From contig CANJZQ010000001.1 of the NCBI GenBank assembly GCA_947479535.1, forward strand, positions 142,324 to 206,323: a stretch of DNA of 64,000 bases, given 5' to 3'. Below the pieces are notes generated by a model, which saw nothing but the letters and a program-made list of their open reading frames with translations, did not search any database and had not been told where the DNA came from. This stretch comes from Oligoflexales bacterium. Its GTDB lineage: Bacteria; Bdellovibrionota_B; Oligoflexia; Oligoflexales; RGVZ01. Positions within the stretch are counted from its first letter, which is position 1; each line of letters opens with the position of its first letter. Positions 44,117-54,389 of the stretch are shown here, piece after piece. A program made the position numbers and the translations under genes.

Positions 44117-45550
44117 ATGAGCGCCCTTATGTCGGGTCTTTTTCGTACATTGAATATCGGCAGTGAGTCATTGTCAGTCACCCGTATGGGTGTAGACACG
44201 GCTGGACATAACATTGCCAATGCACAAGTCGAGGGATATTCCCGGCAACGAGTCAACGTCAAGGCTCGTGAGCCACATCAAAAGGGTGGTGTTCTACTTG
44301 GTGCTGGTGCCTACGCGGACAGTATTGACCGGGCGCATGACCAATGGAATGAAAAGCAACTAAATCGCGCAAATCAGTCTGCGGGTGCCAGTGCTGCGCG
44401 GCTTTCGGCTTTGAAGTCGATCGAGGGGTTGTTTAGTCCGGATTTGCAGGCCGGAGTCGATGTCGAGATTACAAACTTTTTTAATGCTGCACAGGATCTT
44501 TCTAATTTCCCCGACGATGTTACGGTCCGAACGTCGTTTCGTGAATCAGCCAAGGGGTTAACCCAATCGTTTAAGCGGGTCGATTCAGGTCTCGAACGTG
44601 AGCGTCTGGATTTAAACCAGAAAGTGGCGTTCGAGGTTGCTGCAATCGATGATTCAATGCAGCAAATTGCACGACTGAACTTGCAAATCCGCGAACAAGA
44701 ATCCACACCTGGGTCGCACGCGAACGATTTGCGTGACCAGCGAGACCGCCTCCTCCGTGATATGACCAGAAAGATTGATATCCATTATTACGAAAACCAG
44801 AATGGAATGCTGTGTGTGCGTGGGCCTGGTGACAGTATGCTCGTTGATGGCGTTATGGCCACGCACCTTTATGTCCAGCCTTCTTCTGAAAACGGTGGGC
44901 TTCACGATGTCATGATCGAGGGTGCAGAGGGTGGAATGGATTTTAATCTCACCCGCCACTTGGACAACGGTGAAATCAGCGCAATGATGGAAGTGCGCGA
45001 CAAGGTAATTCCTGGTTTAACCAAAAAAAACAATCAGCTCGCGGCCTCAATGACTCAAAGCATTAACGAGGTTCATCGGCAGGGTTTCGGCCTCAGGGGG
45101 TTTCAGGAGGTTGCGGGGCGAAACCTCTTCAAGGAACCGGGCAATCTGGATCGTGCTGCTGCAGAGATGACTCTGGACGATGCGATTGAGGCTTCAACAG
45201 ACGCTATTTCGTTTGCAAGTACCCCAATGGCAGTTGGCGATAATATCGTTGGCAACCAACTTGTGGGCTTGAAGGAGAGTAAAATCCTGGATGGTCGTGC
45301 CAGTTTCACGCAGTTTTACTCTGACATGGTTGGGGGCTTTGGCTCTCAGGTGGTCCGGGCAGAACACGTCAACGAGGCAGAAGAGATCCTGGTAAAGGAT
45401 CTGCAAGACCGTCGTGAATCTGTCAGTGGTGTGTCTCTGGATGAGGAGGCTACCAATCTGATGCGCTGGCAGGCTAATTTTGCGGCATCTTCGAAATTAA
45501 TTACGACAGTTGATGAAATGCTGGATACCGTCTTAAGCATGAAGCGTTGA
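44117..45550 (+). CDS. flgK: Flagellar hook-associated protein 1 FlgK
   Basis: N-terminal LNIGSESLSVTRMGVDTAGHNIANAQVEGYSRQRV and C-terminal SGVSLDEEATNLMRWQANFAASSKLITTVDEMLDTVL. The start could be 44129. Confidence 0.88.
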   Translation: MSALMSGLFRTLNIGSESLSVTRMGVDTAGHNIANAQVEGYSRQRVNVKAREPHQKGGVLLGAGAYADSIDRAHDQWNEKQLNRANQSAGASAARLSALKSIEGLFSPDLQAGVDVEITNFFNAAQDLSNFPDDVTVRTSFRESAKGLTQSFKRVDSGLERERLDLNQKVAFEVAAIDDSMQQIARLNLQIREQESTPGSHANDLRDQRDRLLRDMTRKIDIHYYENQNGMLCVRGPGDSMLVDGVMATHLYVQPSSENGGLHDVMIEGAEGGMDFNLTRHLDNGEISAMMEVRDKVIPGLTKKNNQLAASMTQSINEVHRQGFGLRGFQEVAGRNLFKEPGNLDRAAAEMTLDDAIEASTDAISFASTPMAVGDNIVGNQLVGLKESKILDGRASFTQFYSDMVGGFGSQVVRAEHVNEAEEILVKDLQDRRESVSGVSLDEEATNLMRWQANFAASSKLITTVDEMLDTVLSMKR

Positions 45551-45558
45551 GGTGAACG

Positions 45559-46458
45559 GTGAGGGTGACGGACAGACACCGCTATGACATTGTTGGAAGC
45601 CGTGTGGAAGGCTCCAAGGCACAAAACGCCAAAGACCTTGAGACCCTTTCAACATTGCGCCGGATTAACAAAGTTTCGGACGATCCAACGGGCGTTGCGG
45701 CCGGGATCAACATCAAAGACCGGATCGCGTCAAATATACAGTTTCAGAAAAACGTTGAATTTTCGAAGGGCATGCTCGAGCGCAGTGAAACAGCTCTGGG
45801 CGGCATGCAGGAAAATTTAATGCGCCTTAAAGAGTTGGCGATCGGGATGGCCAACGAAACTTACGACCATTCGAGTCGACTGGCGGCATCGGCTGAGGTG
45901 AAGGAGATCCTGAAGGAAATAGTGCAGCTTGGTAACACAACCTTCAACAACCGTTATGTATTCTCCGGATTCCGCAGTAATACCCCTGCAATCAGCATGG
46001 ACGGTAAATTTTTGGGTGATGACGGTGCCGTAATGTTGCAAGTGGGGGAGAGTCAGTTTCAGCAGATCAGCATTCAATCCAGAGACCTGTTTGAATCGAC
46101 TAGTGATGAGCGCGCCGCGGGTCACTCCAACATGATCGACACCGTCGAAGAACTCCTCTCCGGATTGCAAAACAATTCGAAAGACAGCATCCGGTTTGCG
46201 ATCGGGGAATTGGACTTTCAGTTGGACAAGGCGGCCTCGTTTCAGGCCAAGGTTGGAAGCGTCGTGACAGGATTGAACGGAGCCACGGAGAGGGCGTCCC
46301 GGAATGTTGACATGGACAAGACAACATTGTCCTCGGTGTTTGACGCGGACATCTTCGAGGCGTCATCGGATTTCCGGCGGAGCGAGGCCGTTCTGCAGAG
46401 TACGCTTCTGGCCTCAACAAAGCTCCTTCAGCCCTCGCTGTTGAATTTTCTTCAGTAG
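45559..46458 (+). CDS. flgL: Flagellar hook-associated protein 3 FlgL
   Basis: (M)RVTDRHRYD.. N-terminus. Flagellin-like N and C helices (KVGSVVTGLNGATERAS, AVLQSTLLASTKLLQPSLLNFL). GTG start after GAGGTGA. Confidence 0.8.
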   Translation: MRVTDRHRYDIVGSRVEGSKAQNAKDLETLSTLRRINKVSDDPTGVAAGINIKDRIASNIQFQKNVEFSKGMLERSETALGGMQENLMRLKELAIGMANETYDHSSRLAASAEVKEILKEIVQLGNTTFNNRYVFSGFRSNTPAISMDGKFLGDDGAVMLQVGESQFQQISIQSRDLFESTSDERAAGHSNMIDTVEELLSGLQNNSKDSIRFAIGELDFQLDKAASFQAKVGSVVTGLNGATERASRNVDMDKTTLSSVFDADIFEASSDFRRSEAVLQSTLLASTKLLQPSLLNFLQ

Positions 46459-46588
46459 GCATTGACTGCAGTCATTGGTGGGGCTTTGGTTCCAGAGCGG
46501 CAATGAAGTAGAATAAAATAAGACATAGCGCCTTTCTGAACACTCCGGGGATTGACCTGGAGCGTCAGGAAAACCAGGGAGGGTGGGC

Positions 46589-46882
46589 GTGCTGGTACTG
46601 ACCAGAAAAGTTGGCGAAGGAATCGCCATTGGCGACGATGTCAAAATCGTGGTCATGCAGATCAAAGGCAAGCAGGTCCGGCTTGGTATCAAGGCTGGAG
46701 CCTCGACAATTGTTCATCGAGAAGAGATTTACCAGCGGATCCAGGATGAGAATCGCAGGGCCTCTACTTCTGATGAAAGCGCTGTCAGTCAGGCTTCCCA
46801 GCTGATCGGAACTCCCGATCAGGGCGTGGTTAGAAGTCCGCTGCGACGCCATGTTCGGCCGCCAAAGGCATCAGACGAGTGA
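46589..46882 (+). CDS. csrA: Carbon storage regulator CsrA (FliW-partnered type, long C-terminal tail)
   Basis: (M)[53 protein letters not shown] 46589 lies 8 nt after GGGAGGG. 97 aa, with a ~40 aa tail beyond the core. Confidence 0.9.
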   Translation: MLVLTRKVGEGIAIGDDVKIVVMQIKGKQVRLGIKAGASTIVHREEIYQRIQDENRRASTSDESAVSQASQLIGTPDQGVVRSPLRRHVRPPKASDE

Positions 46883-47007
46883 GAACTCGGATGGGCTCTG
46901 GATAAAAGCTTGAACTTTTATGGTGGCGTGCGTTACTATGTTGATTAGGCAATAAGATAAATTTGTTTCAGACTTTGGGCTGTCGCTCGACGCGAGAGGA
47001 GCTTGCC

Positions 47008-47574
47008 TTGATTCAGGTCAAAACAACTCGATTCGGCGATATTGAGGTTCGGGATTCCGACGTGATTGAGCTGCCAAGCGGCTTGATTGGATTTCCGGAG
47101 TTAACGAAATACGTTCTCCTTGATCACGACAAGGAGTCCCCATTCAAGTGGCTTCAATCCTTGCAGGACGGTGGGATCGCCTTTGTTCTGATCAACCCTC
47201 TGCTTTTCAATCCTGACTACACGGTGGAAGTCTCTGAGGCGGAAGTTTCAGATCTGCAGCTTGGTTCCGAAGACGATGCAGTGATTTCCGTGATCGTGAC
47301 CATGCCTTCCAATCCCCAGAATATGACGGCTAATCTCAAGGCTCCCCTTGTCTTCAATTTGAAGAACCGTCTGGGAAAGCAACTGATTCTGAACAACCCT
47401 GCTTATTCAACCCGTCACAATGTGATGGAAGAATTGAAGAAGCGGGCTGCAGAAATTGATGCGAGCCAGGCCCAGCAGGTCATTGACAGCGCAAAAGTAG
47501 AAGCCGCGAACTCGGTCAAGGAAGCAGCTGGTGGTTCAACTTCGACGAAGAGCAAGTCCACCAAGAAACGCTGA
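47008..47574 (+). CDS. fliW: Flagellar assembly factor FliW
   Basis: TTG 47008 lies 7 nt after GAGAGGAG. Sequence IQVKTTRFGDIEVRDSDVIELPSGLIGFPELTKYVLLD..PFKWLQS..AFVLINP..NLKAPLVFN. A ~45 aa charged C-terminal tail is present. Confidence 0.88.
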   Translation: MIQVKTTRFGDIEVRDSDVIELPSGLIGFPELTKYVLLDHDKESPFKWLQSLQDGGIAFVLINPLLFNPDYTVEVSEAEVSDLQLGSEDDAVISVIVTMPSNPQNMTANLKAPLVFNLKNRLGKQLILNNPAYSTRHNVMEELKKRAAEIDASQAQQVIDSAKVEAANSVKEAAGGSTSTKSKSTKKR

Positions 47575-47604
47575 TTATCATCGCCTGATTCTTCTTTCTG
47601 TACA

Positions 47605-48549
47605 TCACGCGCCCGTATTCCAATCAACTTGGGATCCGATGGCGCGTGTTATTCCTGCCTGAAACAGCCGTTCAAATTCACGGAAGAAACTGCCGCTTCT
47701 GCTTGTTTGAAGCTTTTGGCGTCCAATCCTGTTGACGGGCGTGATGCCGCGCAGGCTCGAGGTTATAAACGCCTCGTCGAATCTCGGTAGTTCATCGATC
47801 TGCACAGTAGAAATTTCGGCACGAATTCCTGCGGCCATCAAAAGTTCTATCATCCAGCTCCGCATGATTCCCTCGAGTCCGCCGCTTTTTCCTGATGGGG
47901 TCACAATCTCCAGCTGGTCACCCTGGCGCCCAATGAAAAAGATATTTGCCGCCGAGGTTTCGACGACTTCCCGATCCTGATTGATCCACAGGATGTCGTC
48001 GAATCCATTGCTCCGCGCCCTTTGAAGTGGTAGCGCTGCGTTGCCATAAGCCGCCAGTTTCGGGGGAGGGTCGCGACGGGTGTAGCCCAGGTCTGTCGGT
48101 TGAAGCGCAATCCCAAGCAGGCCAGCCTGTGTTTGGGTTTCGCACCATCCTGCTGGGGGTGGCGTCACAAATGCGTACCAGATGGGTTTGTTTTCTGGGG
48201 TGTTTGGCATTCCCCAGCCAGTTCCGGTCGTGATGTAAATGCGGACGAATGACTTGGGCAGGCCGGCGGCTGCAACCAGCGAACGAGTGGCAATGCCAAT
48301 GCGTTCCAGAGTCCAAGGCAGATCAATACCGAGGTAGGAGCAGGAAAATTCCAGTCGTGACAGGTGTTTATCAAGATTTACGATGCAATCTCCAAAAGCG
48401 CTCATAGATTCAAAGGCACATTCTCCGTATAAAAAACCGCGGTCGAGGGCGGAAATGCTCCATGGACCTTCGACGGGTTGTCCGTTAATTGAGAAAAATT
48501 CAGTTTTTTTACTGACGGATGTGTGTTGAGGATGTTGATTTTGTTTCAT
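47605..48549 (-). CDS. Class IV (fold type IV) aminotransferase family protein (PabC / D-amino-acid or branched-chain aminotransferase-like)
   Basis: LDRGFLYGECAFESM and the later LEGIMRSWMIEL and ITSSLRGITPV motifs. ATG 48549. Confidence 0.75.
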   Translation of the reverse strand: MKQNQHPQHTSVSKKTEFFSINGQPVEGPWSISALDRGFLYGECAFESMSAFGDCIVNLDKHLSRLEFSCSYLGIDLPWTLERIGIATRSLVAAAGLPKSFVRIYITTGTGWGMPNTPENKPIWYAFVTPPPAGWCETQTQAGLLGIALQPTDLGYTRRDPPPKLAAYGNAALPLQRARSNGFDDILWINQDREVVETSAANIFFIGRQGDQLEIVTPSGKSGGLEGIMRSWMIELLMAAGIRAEISTVQIDELPRFDEAFITSSLRGITPVNRIGRQKLQTSRSGSFFREFERLFQAGITRAIGSQVDWNTGA

Positions 48550-48593
48550 TGAAATGTTAGAAATCCGCGCTATTTCTATTAATATTACTTGGA

Positions 48594-50003
48594 ATGCCCA
48601 TGTCGCAAAATTCAGCCCAGCAAGCTCCAAAAGTTCACATGATTTCGCTTGGTTGCGCTCGCAACCGCGTCGATTCGGAAGTCATGCTCGGCTCGCTCCT
48701 CAAAACCGGGTGGCAAATCTCACAAGAATCCGAGGGCTCTGATGCCATTATCATCAATACCTGCGGTTTCATCCAGTCTGCCAAGGAAGAAAGTATCGAT
48801 CAGATCCTTTCCGCGGCAGCCCTTAAAAAAGATCGTCCAGGACTGAAGGTGGTGGTCGCAGGTTGTCTGACCCAGCGCTACAAGTCTCAGTTGGCCAAGG
48901 GTCTTCCTGAAGTCGACTTGTTCATTGGCACTGACGAATTTCCGCGTTTGCCTGAACTTCTCGCAGCTGAGCTCCCATCCGGTTCCGTTTTTGCCCGGAG
49001 GACCCACTACCTTTACAACGAGGCCATGCCCCGTGTTAACACATTGGCGCGTCACTCGGCCTACGTGAAGGTTGCTGAAGGTTGCCAGCACAACTGTGCC
49101 TTTTGCATCATTCCAGCCATCCGCGGGCGTCTTCGTTCGCGCCCCCTGACTAGCGTGGTCTCCGAAGTTGAGCAGCTGGCCCGGGACGGCGTAAAGGAAA
49201 TAAACCTGATTGCACAGGATCTTGCTGCATACGGACGTGAACGTGGTGAAGATGCCCTGTTGCCGCTGCTGCGCGTCCTGGCATTGGTCGATGGCATCGA
49301 ATGGATCCGCTGCTTGTACATGTACCCGGAAAATATCAGCGATGAGTTTCTGGAGCTTTTGGCAACGGAGCCCAAACTGGTTAAGTACCTGGACGTTCCA
49401 GTGCAGCACGGCAGCGACAGGATTTTAGCTGCCATGAACCGTGGTGTGACGCGAGCGGGACTTTCGGAGGCATTTGCAAAGTTGCGCGAACGGGTTCCTG
49501 GAATCGCGATCCGCACTTCAGTGATGGTGGGCTTCCCTGGAGAGACCGAAGAGGACTTTCAGGAACTAAAGCAATTCGTTCGCGATCAAAAATTTGATCA
49601 CCTGGGGTGTTTTTCCTACTCCCAGGAAGATGGCACCGTCGCAGGGCGTATGAAGGACCAAATCGACGAGGAAACCAAGGCACGCCGGTTGGATGAAATC
49701 ATGCGCCTGCAAAAGGAAATTTCACGGACTAATTTGTTGAAATATGTTGGGCAGGAAGTCGAAGTTCTCATTGAAGGGCCGAGCGATGAGTCAGACTTGC
49801 TCTGGCAGGGGCGAATGTCTGTGCAGGCCCCTGAAGTAGACGGTGTAGTCCTCATTAACGACGGCGCGGTCAGGAAGGGTGAAATTCAGAGGGTTCGCAT
49901 TTCAGATGCCTTCGAATACGACCTTGTTGGCGAGGTGATGGAAGGAAGCACCTCTGATTCTCGTATTGGTTCAGAATTGGGCGAGTGTCCAGTCCAGGCG
50001 TAG
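48594..50003 (+). CDS. rimO: Ribosomal protein S12 methylthiotransferase RimO
   Basis: KVHMISLGCARNRVDSEVM (UPF0004 domain), radical-SAM CQHNCAFC, and a C-terminal TRAM domain (GQEVEVLIEG..). The start may be ATG 48600. Confidence 0.88.
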   Translation: MPMSQNSAQQAPKVHMISLGCARNRVDSEVMLGSLLKTGWQISQESEGSDAIIINTCGFIQSAKEESIDQILSAAALKKDRPGLKVVVAGCLTQRYKSQLAKGLPEVDLFIGTDEFPRLPELLAAELPSGSVFARRTHYLYNEAMPRVNTLARHSAYVKVAEGCQHNCAFCIIPAIRGRLRSRPLTSVVSEVEQLARDGVKEINLIAQDLAAYGRERGEDALLPLLRVLALVDGIEWIRCLYMYPENISDEFLELLATEPKLVKYLDVPVQHGSDRILAAMNRGVTRAGLSEAFAKLRERVPGIAIRTSVMVGFPGETEEDFQELKQFVRDQKFDHLGCFSYSQEDGTVAGRMKDQIDEETKARRLDEIMRLQKEISRTNLLKYVGQEVEVLIEGPSDESDLLWQGRMSVQAPEVDGVVLINDGAVRKGEIQRVRISDAFEYDLVGEVMEGSTSDSRIGSELGECPVQA

Positions 50004-50366
50004 TCCATTGCGGCCGCTTGGCGTGAGGTCGACAGCTTTTTGTCTGGGGTCGAGGCGGTCACGCCCGTGTCCTGAATCGACAACCAGGACGAGATATCCG
50101 CCGAGTGCTGCTCCCCCAAGAAAGCCGACCGAAGCCCCGGTGGTGATGTAATGAAACTTTTCCTTCGGATTTGCGGTGAAGGCCAGCAGTGCAGCCCCAA
50201 TTCCTGCTCCGAGCGCAGTTGAGTATCCAGCGCTCGTAAATACCGTTTCGAATTTCTCATCCGTGTCGACACTGGCGCGAGCGGTCCCAGCAAAATGCAG
50301 CCAGCCCAAGCTTGCGAAGACACAAAAAGCAATTTTGCGGGAATTCGGAGTTGAAAATCGGAACAT
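49971..50366 (-). CDS. Small secreted/membrane protein with glycine-zipper segments
   Basis: Signal-like KIAFCVFASLGWLHFAGTARA. Also GYSTALGAGIGAALLAF and GASVGFLGGAALGGYL. The 3' end overlaps the rimO 3' end by 33 nt, which tempers confidence. Confidence 0.4.
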   Translation of the reverse strand: MFRFSTPNSRKIAFCVFASLGWLHFAGTARASVDTDEKFETVFTSAGYSTALGAGIGAALLAFTANPKEKFHYITTGASVGFLGGAALGGYLVLVVDSGHGRDRLDPRQKAVDLTPSGRNGLRLDWTLAQF

Positions 50367-50568
50367 TTCTTGAGGCCTCCGTGATTAATTGATTGTATCT
50401 GCTCCTGCGTTTTGTTACAAATTACCCCCGGTTCGAAGTCGGACCACACCTCAGAACTCATCTGAAACCATCAATTCTTTGCCAGACTGAAAACTTAAAA
50501 CTCTTTTTTCAATCCGTGAATCGAGTTTTGCCAATAGAGGCTACAAGAAAGGCTATAAGAGAGGCGAA

Positions 50569-52029
50569 ATGTCTACAGACACTCCCACCAAAAAACGCAT
50601 GAGCAGGCCGTCCAATCAGCAGGCAAATATTAACCCTGCTAACGCTGTCAACCCTCAGGACGTGAGCGAAGGTCAGGCTCCAGCCCAGTCCTCTGTCGCT
50701 CCCGAGCCAAGCCGCGGTGCAGCTCCGGTTGGCACCGATCAGCCGGCACATGTGCAGCAGGGCGTCCAGGAAGTTCCTGAAATCAACCTCAAGGAACTGA
50801 AAGAACGCAAGATTGCGGATCTCAGCCGTTTGGCGAAAGACCTCGGAGTCGAGGGTGCGAACAGCATGCGGAAGCAGGAGCTTATTTTCGCTCTGCTTCA
50901 GGCTCAATCCGAGCGCGGCGGTGTCGTTTACGGTGAAGGTGTTCTTGAGACCTTGCCGGACGGTTTTGGCTTTCTAAGGGCTCCGGATTACAACTACCTC
51001 CCAGGTCCAGATGATATTTACGTGTCCCCATCCCAAATCCGTCGGTTCAACCTGCGGACTGGTGACACCATTTCCGGTCAAATCCGCCCCCCCAAAGACA
51101 GCGAGCGTTATTTCGCTCTGCTTAAAGTTGAACGGGTCAATGGCGCAGGTCCTGAACTCGAGTTCGAAAAGATCATTTTCGACAATTTGACGCCGCTTTA
51201 TCCGATGCAGAAGTTCAAGATGGAGTATGCGACGGATAACTACGCGACCCGCGTGATCGATCTGATGTGTCCGATTGGCAAAGGCCAGCGGTCTCTGATT
51301 GTCGCTCCGCCGCGGACCGGTAAAACGGTGCTCATGCAAAATATTGCAACGGCTCTTGCCAAAAATCACCCGGAAGCAATTTTGATTGTGCTCCTGATCG
51401 ACGAACGTCCAGAGGAAGTGACGGACATGCAGCGGTCGGTCAAGGGTGAGGTGATCAGCTCGACTTTCGATGAGCCGGCCCAGCGCCACGTCCAAGTGGC
51501 TGAGATGGTTATCGAAAAAGCGAAACGCCTGGTGGAACACAAGCACGATGTGATCATTCTGTTGGACTCAATCACCCGGTTGGCCCGAGCTTACAACTCG
51601 GTGGTGCCTCCTTCGGGCAAGATCCTGTCTGGTGGTGTTGACTCGAACGCCCTGCACAAGCCAAAGCGTTTCTTCGGTGCTGCCCGCAACATCGAAGAAG
51701 GTGGCTCTTTGACGATCATCGCGACAGCCCTCATCGACACGGGATCGCGGATGGACGAAGTGATTTTCGAGGAGTTCAAGGGTACCGGTAATATGGAACT
51801 CCACCTGGACCGCAAGCTATCCGATAAACGGGTTTTCCCGGCTATCGATATCAACAAGTCCGGAACGCGTAAGGAAGACCTGCTGCTGCCGAAGGAAGTT
51901 CTTAACCGGATGTGGATTCTCCGGAAGCTGCTTGCCCCCCTCAACACGGTGGATGCGATGGAGTTCTTGTTGGATAAGATCGAAAAGACCAAAACCAACC
52001 AGGATTTCATCCAATCGATGAACGGGTAG
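50569..52029 (+). CDS. rho: Transcription termination factor Rho (with ~70 aa N-terminal low-complexity extension)
   Basis: Motifs [21 protein letters not shown] (Rho_N), [14 protein letters not shown] and [19 protein letters not shown] (Walker A). C-terminal [14 protein letters not shown]. Confidence 0.95.
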   Translation: MSTDTPTKKRMSRPSNQQANINPANAVNPQDVSEGQAPAQSSVAPEPSRGAAPVGTDQPAHVQQGVQEVPEINLKELKERKIADLSRLAKDLGVEGANSMRKQELIFALLQAQSERGGVVYGEGVLETLPDGFGFLRAPDYNYLPGPDDIYVSPSQIRRFNLRTGDTISGQIRPPKDSERYFALLKVERVNGAGPELEFEKIIFDNLTPLYPMQKFKMEYATDNYATRVIDLMCPIGKGQRSLIVAPPRTGKTVLMQNIATALAKNHPEAILIVLLIDERPEEVTDMQRSVKGEVISSTFDEPAQRHVQVAEMVIEKAKRLVEHKHDVIILLDSITRLARAYNSVVPPSGKILSGGVDSNALHKPKRFFGAARNIEEGGSLTIIATALIDTGSRMDEVIFEEFKGTGNMELHLDRKLSDKRVFPAIDINKSGTRKEDLLLPKEVLNRMWILRKLLAPLNTVDAMEFLLDKIEKTKTNQDFIQSMNG

Positions 52030-52090
52030 TTGACGAATTGTGCCGGGACATTGTAATACGCAAGGTCCCTGCAATGCAGGTAATTAACAG

Positions 52091-52115
52091 TCGACCATTT
52101 GTGGTCGAATTTTTG
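52091..52115 (+). terminator. Rho-independent terminator downstream of rho
   Basis: TCGACCA (52091-52097), loop TTTG, TGGTCGA (52102-52108), followed by ATTTTTG. Confidence 0.7.
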
Positions 52116-52140
52116 ATCGATTTTGATCAATCTTGATCGA
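52111..52140 (+). repeat. Three tandem 10-bp repeats, each carrying GATC
   Basis: TTTTGATCGA / TTTTGATCAA / TCTTGATCGA. They lie directly between the rho terminator stem and the rpmE SD (AAGGA, 52140-52144). Confidence 0.8.
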
Positions 52141-52152
52141 AGGATATGGGCC

Positions 52153-52353
52153 ATGAGAGAAGGAATTCACCCGGAATACCACCAGGTTGAAGTCAAGTGT
52201 GCGTGTGGCAACAAGTTTACGACTGGTTCCGCTCGCAAAGAAATCGAAGTTGAAATCTGCAGTGCCTGTCACCCGTTTTTTACGGGCAAGCAGAGGCTGA
52301 TGGATACGGCTGGCCGCATCGAGAAATTCAAGAAAAAGTACGGCAAGAACTGA
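52153..52353 (+). CDS. rpmE: 50S ribosomal protein L31 (Cys-containing zinc-ribbon form)
   Basis: [35 protein letters not shown]. 66 aa from ATG 52153. Confidence 0.92.
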   Translation: MREGIHPEYHQVEVKCACGNKFTTGSARKEIEVEICSACHPFFTGKQRLMDTAGRIEKFKKKYGKN

Positions 52354-52387
52354 TTCGTCTGTTCGATACGCCGAACGTTAGTGAACT

Positions 52388-53470
52388 ATGCTCAGCTCGA
52401 TGGTTGAAAAACTCGAAGCCGTGGAGCGTCGATACGACGAGCTCGAGCATTCGCTATCAAGAGAAGGCCTTGACGGCCGTGAATTGACCCGTCTTTCAAA
52501 AGAGCGGGCCAATATCGCGGAAATCGTTGAGGCCTTTCGTCGTTTCAAGGGTCTGGATAGGCGCGAACTGGATGCCAGGGAACTTTTGAACGAATCCGAT
52601 CCAGAACTTCGCGCCATGGCGAAGTCCGAGCTCGATGAGCTCCGTCCGATGCTCGAAGCCGCCGAGCGGGATCTGGTGCTATTGACCCTTCCAAGTGATC
52701 CTAACGATTCTAAAAACTGTATTGTTGAAATTCGCGCTGGCACGGGAGGCGAAGAAGCGGCTCTTTTTGTCGCAGACATGCTTCGCATGTACACCCGTTA
52801 TGCTGATGCCCGTGGTTGGCGCCTGGAAGTCCTCAGCTCAACCCCTGCGTCTGCCGGGGGGCTCAGGGAGGTCATCATGATGATCGAAGGGCAGAAAGTT
52901 TTCAGCCGACTCAAATTCGAGAGTGGTGTGCATCGGGTTCAGCGGGTCCCGGCTACCGAAGCTCAGGGCAGAATTCACACCAGTGCTGTGACCGTAGCGG
53001 TACTGCCAGAAGCCGACGAAGTCGAAGTTACGGTAAACCCGGGAGATCTCGATATATCGGTATTTCGTTCTTCTGGAGCCGGCGGACAGAGCGTCAATAC
53101 GGCAGACTCGGCGGTTCGCATTGTCCATCGTCCGACGGGGATTGTCGTCGAATGTCAGGATGAGCGTTCGCAGTTAAAAAATAAAGATCGTGCCCTCAAG
53201 ATTCTCAAAGCTCGCATTCTCGAGAAGGCTCAGGCGGAGCAGCATGCCCAGATCAGCGCGACTCGCAAGAGCCTCGTGGGAAGCGGTGATCGCAGCGAGA
53301 GGATTCGTACATACAATTATCCTCAGGGTCGGGTCACGGATCACCGGATCAACTTGACCTTATATGCGCTTCCAGAATTCGTGAACGGCAAGATGGATGA
53401 GGTTCTGGATGCCCTTGGGACTCATCACCAGACTGAACTTCTCAAGCAGGAGCTTGAGCCATCCCTATGA
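52388..53470 (+). CDS. prfA: Peptide chain release factor 1
   Basis: [12 protein letters not shown] (the PxT tripeptide of RF1) and [10 protein letters not shown] (GGQ). Confidence 0.95.
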   Translation: MLSSMVEKLEAVERRYDELEHSLSREGLDGRELTRLSKERANIAEIVEAFRRFKGLDRRELDARELLNESDPELRAMAKSELDELRPMLEAAERDLVLLTLPSDPNDSKNCIVEIRAGTGGEEAALFVADMLRMYTRYADARGWRLEVLSSTPASAGGLREVIMMIEGQKVFSRLKFESGVHRVQRVPATEAQGRIHTSAVTVAVLPEADEVEVTVNPGDLDISVFRSSGAGGQSVNTADSAVRIVHRPTGIVVECQDERSQLKNKDRALKILKARILEKAQAEQHAQISATRKSLVGSGDRSERIRTYNYPQGRVTDHRINLTLYALPEFVNGKMDEVLDALGTHHQTELLKQELEPSL

Positions 53471-54387
53471 TCTGGACCTTGATGAGTGCCCTTCAGTGGT
53501 CTGCCGATTTTTTAAAAACAAAGGGATCTGAAACTCCGCGCGTTGATGCTGAATGGTTGCTTTCTTCGGTTCTTGGGTTTCGGAGGGTCGAACTTTATAC
53601 AAACTTCGACCGCCCCTTGAACGATGTGGAACGAGAAAAGTACCGTAATTTTATTCGCCGCCGTGCGTCAGGCGAACCGGTGGCTTATATCCTTGGTGAG
53701 AAAGGTTTCGCTGGACGTGATTTTCAGGTCTCTCCGGCAGTTTTGATTCCTCGCCCAGAGACTGAGCTGCTTGTTGAGCATGTCATCGATGCCGTTCAAA
53801 TTGCTGTGAATGAATGTCCAACTCGAAAAATTCGTATCCTTGATGCCGGAACCGGTAGCGGCTGTGTCGCCATTTCCATCGCAAAATGGTGGCTGGAAAA
53901 AGTTGCACCCAGCGGCACAGCTCCTTCTGGAGCGAGTCTTTTAATTGATGCATGGGACGTCAGCGAGGACGCATTGGCGGTGGCTGAGACCAATTCAATG
54001 CGCCACGGCACGGGCGATCTGGTGCGGTTTAACAAGTCAGACATGCTGGCTCCGGAATCGTACTCAAAAGATTATTCATGGGATTTTGTGGTTTCCAATC
54101 CGCCGTATATCGGCGACGAGGAATTCTCCCAGCTAAGCCCGGGAGTGAAAGATTTTGAGCCCCGCCTGGCATTGTGGGGTTATCCTGATGGTCTGTATTT
54201 TTACCAGCGGTTGGCACAATTTGCCCGGCGCTCCATGGTGGAACAAGGCAAGATATTCCTGGAAATCGGATTTCAGCAGGGAGATTCCGTCAAAAGACTC
54301 TTTGAGTCTAACGGCTGGGCGTCGGTTCGCGTAGAATTAGACTATGCGCGCCATCCGCGAAATGTGATTGCAGTCAATCCACGCTGA
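53467..54387 (+). CDS. prmC: Release factor glutamine N5-methyltransferase PrmC
   Basis: Overlaps the prfA stop (ATGA). Motifs [13 protein letters not shown] (SAM binding) and VSNPPYI (NPPY). Confidence 0.88.
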   Translation: MIWTLMSALQWSADFLKTKGSETPRVDAEWLLSSVLGFRRVELYTNFDRPLNDVEREKYRNFIRRRASGEPVAYILGEKGFAGRDFQVSPAVLIPRPETELLVEHVIDAVQIAVNECPTRKIRILDAGTGSGCVAISIAKWWLEKVAPSGTAPSGASLLIDAWDVSEDALAVAETNSMRHGTGDLVRFNKSDMLAPESYSKDYSWDFVVSNPPYIGDEEFSQLSPGVKDFEPRLALWGYPDGLYFYQRLAQFARRSMVEQGKIFLEIGFQQGDSVKRLFESNGWASVRVELDYARHPRNVIAVNPR

Positions 54388-54389
54388 TT

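Noticed and set aside
46463-46474. Perfect 12-nt palindrome TGACTGCAGTCA just after flgL.
   Set aside because: The loop would be too small for a hairpin terminator, there is no U-tract, and it could be chance (it contains a CTGCAG site).
46487-46502. Sigma54-like TGGTTCCAGAGCGGCA upstream of csrA.
   Set aside because: The -12 element is CGGC instead of TTGC, which is too weak to call.
50428-50442. tRNA-like T-arm sequence CCGGTTCGAAGTCGG in the rho upstream region.
   Set aside because: No matching acceptor stem, D-arm or anticodon arm could be built around it.
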